DNA of 64,000 nt from Candidatus Neptunichlamydia sp. (GCA_965233865.1 OZ247587.1:288001-352000), one strand, 5' to 3'. Shown: positions 19,574-30,469, numbered from the stretch's first letter. A program made the numbers and translations. The notes: generated by a model from the letters alone, not told the origin.

Positions 19574-21670
19574 TTATTTCTTAACAAGAGAGAGGCCGAA
19601 GGTAAATCGGTCGTTTTTCTTATGAGGAGCAAGGGAGTGAATAAAGGTGAGGCGGAGACGCCAACTTGTGCTAATCATTGTGATGAGATCAAACTTTCCT
19701 TCGTTATAATTGAGCTCTCCTCCACGTCCCCAACCAATATGAGATTCAAGGCGCACAATCCACTGTGGAGCGATCTTAATTTGCAATCTAGAAAGAAGGG
19801 TATTTCTTCCATCTGATAGAGGAGAATGGAGGAGATTGTGGATATCTCTTGTCACTTCCATGATGAAGTCATCGGGGTTATCTTTTCTCCAATCAAAGCA
19901 GCTGCGATGGCGGAACTCTGTTTTAAAGGCAAAGTTCTTGTTGATCGTCCAAGCTAAAGCTATGTTGGCGTAGTCGAGCACTTGCTTTTCTATGTTCCAT
20001 CCCAGCTGGCTATTCAGGTTCCAAGAAGGAAAGTTCCAAATAAGGTTTCCCTGGATTTTTGGAACAGTTTTAGCAAAGGTCTGATCCCCAAAAAAACTGT
20101 AGATATAAAGATCTGCAATGATATTGGGCTCGAAAAGGGGAGAACTCTTCATGTAAAAAAGGTTGCGTATTCCAGACTTAATCACATTGAGACGGTTAAA
20201 CCCATCGTGGATGCTAAAAATATAGGGAGTATTTGTGGCGATCGTCGGGTGGGTCATCCCTTCATAATTGATATAGGGTTGCAGGGTATGACGGACCGTT
20301 TCAAAATTGCGCTTTAAAGTTAAATCAAAAAGGAGCTGGTAGACTAAGACGCCTAGGGCTGCTGGTTTGTCTCTTTGGCTGTTTCCATATAAGACCCCTT
20401 CGACACCAACAAGCGGGGTGAGAGCAAATCCCCGATGCGCAAAAGGGCGGTAAAGGGTATTGCGAGTGGATAAGCGCACTGCATTAAAATCAAGGACGGC
20501 AGGTTCAATATCCTTTGCTGATACGTAGTCCAAGTATGCAACCTTCATTCGATTTTCTGAAATGATCCCTGAGTCTCCTATTGCAAAGGATTTAGGGGCC
20601 CAAAATGATTCAGGAAGTTCTTGTTTCATCCCCTGAAATCCGTTTACACGAAACTTTCCATCAATCCCAAAGATCATCCAATCTTGGTAGTTTCGCATTT
20701 CAATGCGGGTCTGCTTGGCAGTGGTAAGCTCAAAATCCTCACTTCCAAAGTCTGTTTGCATGTTTTTGTCGCTTAGCCAGTCGTAAGTTGCTAAAAGATG
20801 GGACTTTTCATCCTCACTTGTTGAGGTATAGATTCCTTGCAGTCGGTAGTGAGTTCGTGCTTTATCTGGATTGGAATCTCTATAGAAAGCATCGTGATCA
20901 ATGTAACTGCGGGTTCGAAAATTTGTCCGTTTCTCTAAGGATTGATAGTCTGACTCAAGCGCAGCACCGATTCCTTTCGAAGGGCGGACATTGAGGCGAA
21001 AAAAAAGGTCAAGATGCTCCCAAGAATAGATTCGGTAACGCATACTTGCCTTTGGCCATAGTCCCTTATCCAGACCTATTTTATATCTCACAGGAGACTC
21101 TGCTATTGATTTTAAATTGCTTTTAAAAGCGGGGAGCCAAAAAATTGGTGTTTCAAAAAATCTAAAGGTCACATTTTTTGCAGCTAAATAATTTTTCTTT
21201 GTAATCTCAACCTCGCGCGAATGGATTTTCCAGTCGGCATTCTTACTCTCACTTGTCGTTACAAAAGCATTATAGAGGTAGAAACTCCGGTCCGAGTTAA
21301 GGCGAATTTTTTCTCCACCTAAAAACCAGAGATCAATAGCCGTTACTCCATCGTAAACAATCCCAGTTTTAGTGACAAAATCATACTCTAAACGGCGTCC
21401 AACATAGGTGTGCCCTCCGCTGTCTAGCATCAAGTTTCCCTCTGCCACAACTCGGTGGATTGCCCCTCCTTTCTCCATGCGATTGGTATAGACAATATGG
21501 CGCGCTTGAACGCGCAACTCTGGAGAGCTAATCACTCCTCCAGCGTTGGTTGAAATTACTCCATTTTGATATTCAGGGTCTTTAAGATTAACGGTAAATT
21601 CCTGCGCGCCATACAGGGGGATCGCCAACAGAAAAAAGAAAAAAATACAAAGACGCATGGAGCCATCCAA
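19574..21670 (-). CDS. lptD: LptD/OstA-like outer-membrane LPS assembly protein (chlamydial type)
   Basis: Signal peptide, beta-jellyroll-like N-terminus (LEYDFVTKTGIVYDG…PIFWLP), beta-barrel-like C-terminus; next to a HEAT-repeat gene as in Chlamydia. Confidence 0.7.
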   Translation of the reverse strand: MDGSMRLCIFFFFLLAIPLYGAQEFTVNLKDPEYQNGVISTNAGGVISSPELRVQARHIVYTNRMEKGGAIHRVVAEGNLMLDSGGHTYVGRRLEYDFVTKTGIVYDGVTAIDLWFLGGEKIRLNSDRSFYLYNAFVTTSESKNADWKIHSREVEITKKNYLAAKNVTFRFFETPIFWLPAFKSNLKSIAESPVRYKIGLDKGLWPKASMRYRIYSWEHLDLFFRLNVRPSKGIGAALESDYQSLEKRTNFRTRSYIDHDAFYRDSNPDKARTHYRLQGIYTSTSEDEKSHLLATYDWLSDKNMQTDFGSEDFELTTAKQTRIEMRNYQDWMIFGIDGKFRVNGFQGMKQELPESFWAPKSFAIGDSGIISENRMKVAYLDYVSAKDIEPAVLDFNAVRLSTRNTLYRPFAHRGFALTPLVGVEGVLYGNSQRDKPAALGVLVYQLLFDLTLKRNFETVRHTLQPYINYEGMTHPTIATNTPYIFSIHDGFNRLNVIKSGIRNLFYMKSSPLFEPNIIADLYIYSFFGDQTFAKTVPKIQGNLIWNFPSWNLNSQLGWNIEKQVLDYANIALAWTINKNFAFKTEFRHRSCFDWRKDNPDDFIMEVTRDIHNLLHSPLSDGRNTLLSRLQIKIAPQWIVRLESHIGWGRGGELNYNEGKFDLITMISTSWRLRLTFIHSLAPHKKNDRFTFGLSLVKK

Positions 21671-21693
21671 CTTTCAAAGGCCACAAGTATACC

Positions 21694-23361
21694 TTATTGA
21701 ATTGCCTTGAGCAAGAGTCCAGCGAGAAGAAAGCGGTTTTTTTCATGTCCCAAGCGGATTGCAGAGAGGAGAATATTGATCCCCTCAATCTCATGATTAT
21801 CTACAAGAGTTTCATAGCTCTCAATGAGCAGCCTGGAGGTTTCCTTCGGGGTTAAAATATAAGAGCCTTCCGTTTCTTTTCGGTCTGTCCAAGAAAGCAT
21901 TTCTCGAAATTGAAACAGCTCATGATCCCGTTGGCTTCCTACCCATTGGTAGATGTAATTTTTATGGGGTCCCTCAGCGCGCATCCGATGAAGTGCTAAG
22001 TGACAATATGTGCGAATAAAAGGAGCTCCTGCGTGGCGACACTCTTTCTTTAGAAGATTTTCAGCTCCCGGAGTACCCAGACTCTCAAGGAGGTGAATTA
22101 AGATAGGAATCAATTCATTTTCTTTTTTATCAAAGACTGCTTGAGCGATTTTTAGAAATTCCTCTTCTGGGAGTTCTAAAGCATCTTGCAAAATCTGTTC
22201 GCGCAGTGCCAGCGTAATACCTGGGATATCTTGCTGAGTTTTCTTAGCATAATGAGTAGATGAGGGGATAACTTTCCAAGCCATTAAAGCGTGTCCTAAA
22301 GAGTAGATTGGCTGAAACCCCAAGTCTTTTTCATCTTTGATAAGCATTTGTAGAAGAGTAGGAACACATTTTGGATTACGCTTCTTCAATAGTATCAGGG
22401 CAGCATTTGCACGAATATGGAAGTTGTAATCCGAGAGAAGTGTAATTAGAAAAGGTTCTGTATTGGGCATATCTAGAAGCATCGGAATTGCGAGGTTTTT
22501 TTTTTGAAGTGCGCTCTCAAGGATCGGTTCTCGATATGAGAGATCTCCAAGCAGCGCCAATGAATGGCAAGCAACAAGTTTCACATTGAGATGATTTGAC
22601 TTAGAAAGCTCTTTTAAGCGAGGAATGGAATGAGAATCCTTTAGATACCCAAGAGCTGCTGCGCAGGTCTCTTGCTCCGCATGATCAGAGTGGGTTGCTC
22701 CTGCCCGAATCTCTGATAAAAAATCATCCCGACCAAAGCGTGCTGCTGAAAGAATCGTAGAGAGTCGCACATTTAATTCGGAGTGCCCCACCATGCGCTT
22801 TAAGACTCCCATGGCATCTGGAGTTCCAATCATCGCAAAAAGTTCGGGAAAATAGACATGGAAAAAAGGGGGGAGTTTTTGCATCAAAGAATCGATCATT
22901 CCTGCCACTGCCTCAGAGCGGCGCTGTGCTAAAGAATGGGCAGCCTCCATCCGAATTACTAAATATGGGGAAGAGAAAGCCTTAAATAAGAGTTCCTCAA
23001 CCTTATCTTCTTGGAGACGGCTAAGAAACTGAATCGTTGCCATTTGGGTCGTGGGATTATGACTATTCATCCCTATCTCGTAAAGTTCCATTCCTTCCGT
23101 TGAACCAGCAATTCCCAGACCATACATACTGAGCAGAAGAGTTTCCTCATCTCCGCTAGTAGCCCCTTGTTTCAGGAGAATGAACCCCATCTGCTCAAGG
23201 ATGTCAAAGTCATGATTTTCATTTTCTTTGACCCAATCTTGATAGAGTTGAATTCCTCTTTCAACTTCTCCCGCCTGCACCAAATAGAGGACTTGATTCT
23301 TAGAAATAGTTGCGCAAAGAGGAGTAAAAAATATAAGGGTTATAAGGAGAAAGCGTCCCAT
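21694..23361 (-). CDS. Exported HEAT-repeat protein (conserved in Chlamydiae)
   Basis: Likely start MGRFLLITLIFF (signal peptide); repeats such as IRMEAAHSLA, VRLSTILSAA, IRANAALIL. Confidence 0.8.
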   Translation of the reverse strand: MGRFLLITLIFFTPLCATISKNQVLYLVQAGEVERGIQLYQDWVKENENHDFDILEQMGFILLKQGATSGDEETLLLSMYGLGIAGSTEGMELYEIGMNSHNPTTQMATIQFLSRLQEDKVEELLFKAFSSPYLVIRMEAAHSLAQRRSEAVAGMIDSLMQKLPPFFHVYFPELFAMIGTPDAMGVLKRMVGHSELNVRLSTILSAARFGRDDFLSEIRAGATHSDHAEQETCAAALGYLKDSHSIPRLKELSKSNHLNVKLVACHSLALLGDLSYREPILESALQKKNLAIPMLLDMPNTEPFLITLLSDYNFHIRANAALILLKKRNPKCVPTLLQMLIKDEKDLGFQPIYSLGHALMAWKVIPSSTHYAKKTQQDIPGITLALREQILQDALELPEEEFLKIAQAVFDKKENELIPILIHLLESLGTPGAENLLKKECRHAGAPFIRTYCHLALHRMRAEGPHKNYIYQWVGSQRDHELFQFREMLSWTDRKETEGSYILTPKETSRLLIESYETLVDNHEIEGINILLSAIRLGHEKNRFLLAGLLLKAIQ

Positions 23362-23677
23362 AAGTCGATTCCAAATTGACCAAGTAATTTTCAAAGAGTA
23401 TTTACTAGTAACCCTATCACATTGTAGAAACACCCTTCAATCCCTTTTCTAAGAAGACTTCTCATTAGTTCCCTTAGTGTATATAGCTAAAGTGAGTTGT
23501 TTTAGTTATATCATCTATGGAATAGAATAGGATTTTCAGGGAGTACTGACAATAACTAATTTAAGTCACTTTAGCCATATCATCGCACAGATGTCGCTCG
23601 TACCCTATAAAGAATTCTGTTGCAATATTTTCCAGTTTGATCTACCATTATCTAAAAGATAATGAGGTTATATTTTA

Positions 23678-25321
23678 GTGGAAGCAGTTTCAAATGATGA
23701 CCCTCTAAAGGGTGGTGATATTCCCCCTGACTTTCCCTTAGAGGCTTATGAAGTCGAAGAAACTCCAAAAAATGAGAGTATTGAATCGACCAATTCAATA
23801 AATTTTCTAAAAAAGTTTATTGAGAACGGTGGGTCTCAGGATGAATATCGTGATATCTTAAAAATTATCTATGGAGAAAATCTTACTCAGAGGATATTTC
23901 CGAAAGGATGGAAGCAGGAACTTTCCAAAGAAAACTGCCTTGAAATCTTGGAACGGATCGGCCATGGGATCACCATTGAGGATTTAGAAGGCTTTTATGC
24001 TGAGCTGAAGAGCGGGGTTATTGAAAGTAAAATATTGAAGCACGTAACGGTTCCTTATCTAAGGATGTGGTGGTCTTCAAGTGTTCGTGAGCTTCCTCCA
24101 TATTGGATGGGGAAGTTTATTGATCTTTTTAAGAATCCTTTGGAGGAATTAAAAGTAGAATTTGGGTTTGATAAGGCTAACTATATTAATCGAGGGGCAA
24201 CTCTTTTTACCCATTATAGTGATCAAATCAACCGTCTTCAGGAAAGAGGGGACCGCTCTCGTCCAGAATTTTTTTATGCCTCTCGCGAACTTTTAGCAAA
24301 GTCAATTGCTGGTACAGACCCTAAAAGTGTCTTTGATGGAGCGGTTATCCCTGTTTTTAGTGAAGAATTGGGCCGAAGGGTGTTTTATACATTAAAGGGA
24401 CAAATTCATGAAAATGGTCTTCATGCTTATCTGTTTGTTCCCCTTAAAAAGGGAGAAAAATTGCCTGCAAATCTTATTTTTCGAGGGACAAAGGGTCATG
24501 CAAGTTTTGGAAGAGACCTCGATCCAAAAGGAATTGGTAAGCGGGTCTTTGAAGCAAACATTGATAAAATCGAAGCACTTGTGAAGGAAGCCAAAACAAG
24601 TCAGATTGAGGTGATTGGGCATTCACTTGGAGCTGCTGATGTCCAAAGATCTGTTGCGCTTCTTGTCGATCCCAACAGAGAGTTTAATTTTAAGGAAATT
24701 TCTATTTATGCTTTTTGTGCACCAAAACTAGAGATCGAAAGGGTTACTAAATGGAAAGAAGAGTTGAAAATTCTAGCTGAAGAAAATAAACATCCAGTGA
24801 TCCACCTTAACTTTGCCCACCATGAAAAAGACATTGTCACATGGACGGGAGACTCTTACTTATCGGGGGCTGAGCTTGATTTTATCTACACTAATTATCT
24901 TATTGTTAAATCAAATTCAGGAGCACTAAACAGCCATATTCACCACACAAGCTCATTTTTCCTTGATGGAAATTTTAACTTTGATATCGATGGACGAACT
25001 TTTGAGTTAAGAAAGAGTTTTCCAAATAAAGAGCTCTCTTCTCAGCTCCAAAAGCTTGAAGAAACAAAAAACTCCTGGAGGTTTTGGCGAGGAGTTAAGA
25101 GCTATTTTATCGCAGTGGAATCGGAAGAAGAGATTGAAAAAAGAATTGAAGAAATGAAAGGCAATCAGGAGGATATTAGTGCTCTAGAGAAAGGGGGCTC
25201 GCAGAACTCTTGGATAGTTTACTCTGGTTGGAGCCTTGTTCGTTATACCGTTCAGCCAGTTATTTATCATACTTTTGAAGCAATACGTGGGATCGGACTA
25301 AGGAGCGTACCTAAAAGATAG
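23678..25321 (+). CDS. Class-3-lipase-like alpha/beta hydrolase, effector-like
   Basis: LIFRGT, VIGHSLGAA nucleophile elbow, HEKDIV, HIHH; acidic low-complexity N-terminus. Confidence 0.75.
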   Translation: MEAVSNDDPLKGGDIPPDFPLEAYEVEETPKNESIESTNSINFLKKFIENGGSQDEYRDILKIIYGENLTQRIFPKGWKQELSKENCLEILERIGHGITIEDLEGFYAELKSGVIESKILKHVTVPYLRMWWSSSVRELPPYWMGKFIDLFKNPLEELKVEFGFDKANYINRGATLFTHYSDQINRLQERGDRSRPEFFYASRELLAKSIAGTDPKSVFDGAVIPVFSEELGRRVFYTLKGQIHENGLHAYLFVPLKKGEKLPANLIFRGTKGHASFGRDLDPKGIGKRVFEANIDKIEALVKEAKTSQIEVIGHSLGAADVQRSVALLVDPNREFNFKEISIYAFCAPKLEIERVTKWKEELKILAEENKHPVIHLNFAHHEKDIVTWTGDSYLSGAELDFIYTNYLIVKSNSGALNSHIHHTSSFFLDGNFNFDIDGRTFELRKSFPNKELSSQLQKLEETKNSWRFWRGVKSYFIAVESEEEIEKRIEEMKGNQEDISALEKGGSQNSWIVYSGWSLVRYTVQPVIYHTFEAIRGIGLRSVPKR

Positions 25322-25425
25322 CCCATTGAAGAATACATCCAATCCTTAAATCGATTATAACAGGAGCTCCAAGGGCCATATTCTGGTGGGAGATAGGTCT
25401 GAAGGCAAGTGAATGCGGCTTAGGA

Positions 25426-25449
25426 CTCCTTTGCAGAGCCGCAAAGGAG
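25426..25449. terminator. Hairpin downstream of the lipase-like gene
   Basis: CTCCTTTGC-N6-GCAAAGGAG; no clear U-tract. Confidence 0.3.
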
Positions 25450-25488
25450 CTGTTGGCAATATAATACCAGTAGTGCTATCCTTGCTCT

Positions 25489-26099
25489 ATGAGCAAGTTA
25501 TTGTCTCTCTTTAGACATAAAAATTCTTATCCTCTTCCCCCATTTTCGGAGCGCGTAGCAACTCTTCGCCCTTACCTTGGGTCTATGGGAGCTCAGAAAC
25601 GCGTAGAAGCTTTGATAGATGTTTCGAAAGTCTGGACCTACGATTACGACGAGCGTAAGGAATTTATGCAAGAACTCTTCAACTTCCTTCCAAAAGAGAT
25701 TCAATCCTCGCTCATTGACTTTCTCTCAAAATGCATCCCTGGTCGGAATATCGTTCAGGACATTCCCCTAGCACTTAGCGAAGTCAAAAAGGAAAAATTG
25801 GCTGAATTTGTAACTTTAATTGCTTAATATCTCCTTTACGAAGTCCCTTTTAAAGACGAAAAGAAAGGAATATATGCGCCCCATTCTTGGATAGAATGGC
25901 CTTTAGCTGTTTTATGGAAAATCCAACAGGAAAATTCACCAAAGAGGCTCTACCAGCCTTTATTGGTAAAGTTTCAATCCCCTTGATGCCTAAGCAGGAT
26001 TTGGGAAAGTATGTTCGTGGAGGTACGTCGATGGATGCATACTATAAGGATAATATGCCATACTTAAGAGAGTTGTTTAATGCTCATCGTGAGGGTTAG
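25489..26099 (+). pseudogene. Hypothetical gene probably split into 112-aa and 70-aa pieces
   Basis: Coding-like sequence continues past TAA 25825 (YLLYEVPFKDEKKGIYAP) and shifts frame near 25880 into the second ORF. Confidence 0.4.
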
Positions 26100-26250
26100 C
26101 TTTTTCCTTCTTGTGACACACGGTGCATTCTTTTTTTTCAGGATTTCCACATCGCCTGCAGTTTAAAGGGTGTTTTGATTTCAAGAGTCGCCCTAGTCCC
26201 AACAACAATGCACATAAAAGAATGAGCGCAGTCGCTAAAATAAAAATCAC
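26077..26250 (-). CDS. 57-aa single-TM protein with CxxC-x7-CxxC motif
   Basis: GTGA overlap with the DUF3604 stop; MIFILATALILLCALLLGLGRLLKSKHPLNCRRCGNPEKKECTVCHKKEKANPHDEH. Confidence 0.7.
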   Translation of the reverse strand: MIFILATALILLCALLLGLGRLLKSKHPLNCRRCGNPEKKECTVCHKKEKANPHDEH

Positions 26251-28148
26251 TTTTTCTTCTTTTCTAAAGTAACAGGGGCTCCTAGATCAATCCAGATCGG
26301 GGACGTCCAAGCGATGTGCCCGTCTTCTTGCTCTACTCGCATATAATAGTAGGTAAAAGGAGGAGCTTCATCCTTCGGTTTTAAAGCAACGTTTTCGAGG
26401 GGTTCATCATCATCAAAAATAAATTCAAAAGCGTCATTTTTGGGATTGAAGGTATGGTAAGGTTTTCCATTGCGGATGATAAGAACTTCTTTAATATGGC
26501 CGAGTCCCACAGCATATCCCGTGATATGCCGATTATATTCTAAGCCGGGCTTTGCTTTGGTGTTAAGTTCTGACCCCATTGGAGCCCCAGCAATTTCAAG
26601 CCCTGCAATGATGCGCGGCCCTGTTGTTGCATAGCATGATTTTTTATTCACCGCTTGGATTAATCCATCACGGGAGTGGTTTGTAGAGAGAATAGCAGTA
26701 AGCCCAGGTGTATATTGAACTTGCTCTGCATCAAAAAGATTACCGAAAACCCCACGGTCATCAAGCCCTCCAGAAACAAAGCCAAAGCGGATGTTTTTAT
26801 TGAGGGCTTTTCGTATAGATCCTTCCGCTTTTTCTTTTATTCCCTTCTTTCCTTTGGAAGTAATCGGGCGAGGGTTTCCTTCAGCTTTTGTGCACTCCGA
26901 AGATCCCCACGCATTATAAATTTCTACGACTTTCTCATATTCTGGAGCAAAATTTTCAAAGTCAAAGCACGTTTCAGACCCCATTGTGAACATTGGAACT
27001 GCAATAAAGTCTTTAGGAGTATGGCTTTTGTAAATCTTTTTTAGGTGGTTAGCCTTACTCTCCTTCTTTCGGAGAATGGGTTTTGAGTCCTTGAGATAGA
27101 TGATTTGTCTGAGGCCCTCTTCAATGGAGGTTCCTGACCACTGCATTCCTAGGAAAGTGGAAAATCGGTCATCCTCATTAAACTCGGCGACGTGAGATCC
27201 AACCCCTTTCCAAACATCGGAGGGAGTTTCTGCCTCACTTTCAAATGAAGAGGTGCTGTAAAACTGGTGAGCTTCTTCATCTCGCACGTAGCGGAGGCAA
27301 GATTCAATGTTTTCCCCAGCATCATGAAGAGCGGTTTCTCCATGGAAGGTTCCCCAATAGAGCTGTCTATCAGTACTAGAAAAGCACTTTATGGGTGAGG
27401 AGAAAAAGTTTTCTTCTGTGGAGAGATTCTTTAGCTTAATCTTATAAATTCCGGGCTCGTTGAAGTAGAGGTTAGGGAGGTTAATAAACCCTGTTTCAGG
27501 AACAAAAAGCTTCCAACTGATATTTTCTCGGAGTCTCTCATATGAAAATTCAATCAAAGTTCCTTCAGGAGCATTTCCAGTGAGGTTTCCAAATGCGTCT
27601 TCAAAGCGGACGATGACATCAAAACGCTGGTTCTTATTGATGACTGAAGGGACAATGATGCGGATTGAATGCAATATATTTCCTTTTACGTCAACGTGGA
27701 AAGTCTCACTTTCTTTATATTCTCCTTTTCCCTTAGGGTCGATATAAAGGTTGAAGGGCCGACGACGCAAGGTATGATTTTGAGCACGGTTTCCCTTTTT
27801 TTTGCCATCTGTAGTTTCAGGGCTTCCTATAAAAATAGCGATTTCCTCACCAGCTTTTACATCACCAGGAAGAATAAATTCAAATTGTGGAAGAGTATTT
27901 TCTGGAGTGGGGACTTCTACAGCGTTTAAAGCTTTTTTGCTGGGGGTCTGCATCCAAATAAGATTTTTTTTGCTCTTTAAATTAGTCTGAGGGATTTCCC
28001 AATCAAAAGCGCGCCCTTTTGAGCCTAAATCAAACTTCAGTCGCGCACCTTTGGGAAGGTCGTTTGCGGGAGTATAGATGAATTTCCAGGTTTTGGTTTC
28101 ACCTGCAAGAGCGGTTTTAGGTTCAGCATAACTTATGGAGCGGCGCAT
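26247..28148 (-). CDS. DUF3604-family PHP-like protein (conserved chlamydial)
   Basis: MRRSISY start, VVEIYNAWGSSE, RFGFVSGGLDDRG, CYATTGPRI, WTSPIWID. Confidence 0.8.
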   Translation of the reverse strand: MRRSISYAEPKTALAGETKTWKFIYTPANDLPKGARLKFDLGSKGRAFDWEIPQTNLKSKKNLIWMQTPSKKALNAVEVPTPENTLPQFEFILPGDVKAGEEIAIFIGSPETTDGKKKGNRAQNHTLRRRPFNLYIDPKGKGEYKESETFHVDVKGNILHSIRIIVPSVINKNQRFDVIVRFEDAFGNLTGNAPEGTLIEFSYERLRENISWKLFVPETGFINLPNLYFNEPGIYKIKLKNLSTEENFFSSPIKCFSSTDRQLYWGTFHGETALHDAGENIESCLRYVRDEEAHQFYSTSSFESEAETPSDVWKGVGSHVAEFNEDDRFSTFLGMQWSGTSIEEGLRQIIYLKDSKPILRKKESKANHLKKIYKSHTPKDFIAVPMFTMGSETCFDFENFAPEYEKVVEIYNAWGSSECTKAEGNPRPITSKGKKGIKEKAEGSIRKALNKNIRFGFVSGGLDDRGVFGNLFDAEQVQYTPGLTAILSTNHSRDGLIQAVNKKSCYATTGPRIIAGLEIAGAPMGSELNTKAKPGLEYNRHITGYAVGLGHIKEVLIIRNGKPYHTFNPKNDAFEFIFDDDEPLENVALKPKDEAPPFTYYYMRVEQEDGHIAWTSPIWIDLGAPVTLEKKKK

Positions 28149-28271
28149 ACATTTCTCTTTTAAATTTTTATGATCACTGTACTATAAAAATCATAGGATT
28201 TCAACCCCTAAGTCATGCCTTGTGTTCTGTCAACTTTAAGTTTGCCCCAATATTTTTAAAGTAGACACGCT

Positions 28272-29579
28272 CTAGGAAGAGCAGGGGGTGATTAAAACTT
28301 GATCGATAACTCTTTCACTGGATGCCAGTACTTCAAGAATGAAGTTGTCGTTGTGAATTTTCCAACCTTTTGTAGGGATCATTCCAGCGCGGTGAAAGAC
28401 ATATCCTCCAATGCTATCGTATTCTGGGCCTTTTGGGATAACAATTTTCAACTCTTTTTCAATATCGAGGATGGTCATTTTTCCATCGACGATGAAACCA
28501 CCATGGGGGTGGGGGGAATAGAGCAGCTCTTCTTCAAGAAGATCATGTTCATCGGCAATCTCTCCAACAAGTTCTTCAAGGATATCCTCGATTGTGACAA
28601 TCCCTTTGGTTCCACCATACTCATCAACAACAATGGCTAGGTGGATCTGATTACTTCTAAATTCTTGAAGGAGCTGAGAGATTTTTTTGGTTTCAGGGGA
28701 ATATAGGATGGGTTTCACTAGTTTTTCTAAGGGTGTTTCAAGAGGCGATTGATCATTTTTTTCAATGCTACGGAAATAATATTCAATGACATCTTTATAG
28801 AGAAGGACTCCAATAATGTCATCGACAGTCTCTCTATAGACAGGAATTCTAGAATAGCCCTCGGAAATAAATTTTTGAGCGGCTTCATGGACTGTTTGAT
28901 TAACTGAGAGGGAAAACATATCAATGCGAGGAACCATAATTTCTCGGACAATTCGATCTCGCATTGAAGCAACCGCACTAATGGTGCGTCTGTCAAAAGG
29001 ATCAAGGTGGATCGAGAGCTCTGATTCATGAGCCAGTTCTAAAATTTTGTCCTTCACACGCGCTCTTGAAAATCCATGGGGTCTGGATTGTTTCGGATGG
29101 AATAGGAGCTTTTGAAGCTTTAGGAGAAGGAATGTAATTGGGGAGAAAATAAATAGAAAAAAAGTAGTGGAGGGGGTAACAATTCTTAGAAAAAGAGAAG
29201 GATTATATCCCGCAATAAATTGGAAGAAAAAATCAAAAATAAGGGCTACAGCAGCGATGACTCCAATCGCTGAAAAAATATGAGGAAACTGTAGGGCTGC
29301 ATCATCGAAAAAAATGGTAATAAGGTAGAGCAGAAAAGTTGTGGAGTAGAGAAGGCGGAGAAGGTGCTTGGTAAAACTGAGAAAGTAGAAGAGATTATCC
29401 CAAGGATCGTGCAAAAATATCCATTTGATGAAGTTATAGACAAAGAAATAATGGGGCTTTTTCTTGAATTCTTTCTTGCTCTGAATGCGACCTAGAATTT
29501 GCAGCGCCTTTGTGAACGCCGTAATTGAGCTGGATCCTAGAATGAAAATCAAAGGAAAAAGGAAAGATTGGAAGCTCAT
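28272..29579 (-). CDS. Hemolysin-family/CorC (CNNM-like TM, CBS pair, transporter-associated domain) protein
   Basis: [52 protein letters not shown]. Confidence 0.9.
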   Translation of the reverse strand: MSFQSFLFPLIFILGSSSITAFTKALQILGRIQSKKEFKKKPHYFFVYNFIKWIFLHDPWDNLFYFLSFTKHLLRLLYSTTFLLYLITIFFDDAALQFPHIFSAIGVIAAVALIFDFFFQFIAGYNPSLFLRIVTPSTTFFLFIFSPITFLLLKLQKLLFHPKQSRPHGFSRARVKDKILELAHESELSIHLDPFDRRTISAVASMRDRIVREIMVPRIDMFSLSVNQTVHEAAQKFISEGYSRIPVYRETVDDIIGVLLYKDVIEYYFRSIEKNDQSPLETPLEKLVKPILYSPETKKISQLLQEFRSNQIHLAIVVDEYGGTKGIVTIEDILEELVGEIADEHDLLEEELLYSPHPHGGFIVDGKMTILDIEKELKIVIPKGPEYDSIGGYVFHRAGMIPTKGWKIHNDNFILEVLASSERVIDQVLITPCSS

Positions 29580-30469
29580 TTTCTCTTCTTTTTATGGTTT
29601 ATAAGAGTTTTTTGGATGATTGACACTGCGGTAAGGTCGAAGGGGGTTTTCCCTCCTTCACACTTTATAGTGGGATCGGCTCCCTTATCGAGGAGGAGAT
29701 TAACAACCTCTAAAACATTGACGGTGTCAGGATTTAAAACGGCATAATGAAGGGGTGTAAAACCGGTCTGGGATCCTCGGGTGACCGCAGCATTCACTTG
29801 AATTTTTGGACTGGAGAGAAGATAGGAGACAATTTCAGTTTGCGCTTGCATAGCAGCAAAATGAAGTGGAGTGGCTCCCGAGTAGATCGCGTCATGTTGA
29901 GGGGCGTTGATGTCAGTGCAGGGGTGATCGATTAAGATTTTGGCCTCTTCAACAAGTCCTTGCATAGCGGCATAGTGGAGAGGGGTAGCGCCATCTGTAG
30001 TTCCAAAGTTGGGGTTTATATCAGGGTGGGATAAGAGAAGTTTAATCAATGGTGGAATTTGAGCAATTACCGCAAGGTGAAGAGGTGTAAAATTTTGCTG
30101 ATAGGTTTGATTTACACGGATTCCTTTAGCTGATAGTAAGAGCTTTGTAGCTTCATAATTTCCGTTCGAAACTGCGATGGTAAGAGGCGTTGATTCATAT
30201 TTATTCTGTGCATTAATATTGACCCCTTTGTCGATTAAAAATGCGACAACTTTTGCCTTGCTTCCCCCTTTTTTTGAACAACAAGCTATGTGCAAAGGAG
30301 TATTGCCATCTTTGTCACGGGTATATGTTAACCGGAGACCTTCTTTTTCATAGAGTTCTACAATTTTATCGTAATCTCCTTTTAGGTTAGCTCGCAAAAA
30401 ATCGTTTTCTGGAGTTGCAATGAGAGTAAAGCTAAAAGATACAAGGAGAAAAAATAGACCTTTATTCAT
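29576..30469 (-). CDS. Ankyrin-repeat protein with Sec signal peptide
   Basis: Likely start MNKGLFFLLVSFSFTLIA; six TPLH/TPLT repeats; overlaps both neighbours. Confidence 0.88.
   Translation of the reverse strand: MNKGLFFLLVSFSFTLIATPENDFLRANLKGDYDKIVELYEKEGLRLTYTRDKDGNTPLHIACCSKKGGSKAKVVAFLIDKGVNINAQNKYESTPLTIAVSNGNYEATKLLLSAKGIRVNQTYQQNFTPLHLAVIAQIPPLIKLLLSHPDINPNFGTTDGATPLHYAAMQGLVEEAKILIDHPCTDINAPQHDAIYSGATPLHFAAMQAQTEIVSYLLSSPKIQVNAAVTRGSQTGFTPLHYAVLNPDTVNVLEVVNLLLDKGADPTIKCEGGKTPFDLTAVSIIQKTLINHKKKRK

Noticed and set aside
17451..19925. Diversity-generating retroelement TR/VR pair
   Set aside because: Mismatches are mostly transitions at all four bases rather than adenine-specific on one copy, and no reverse transcriptase is in the window.
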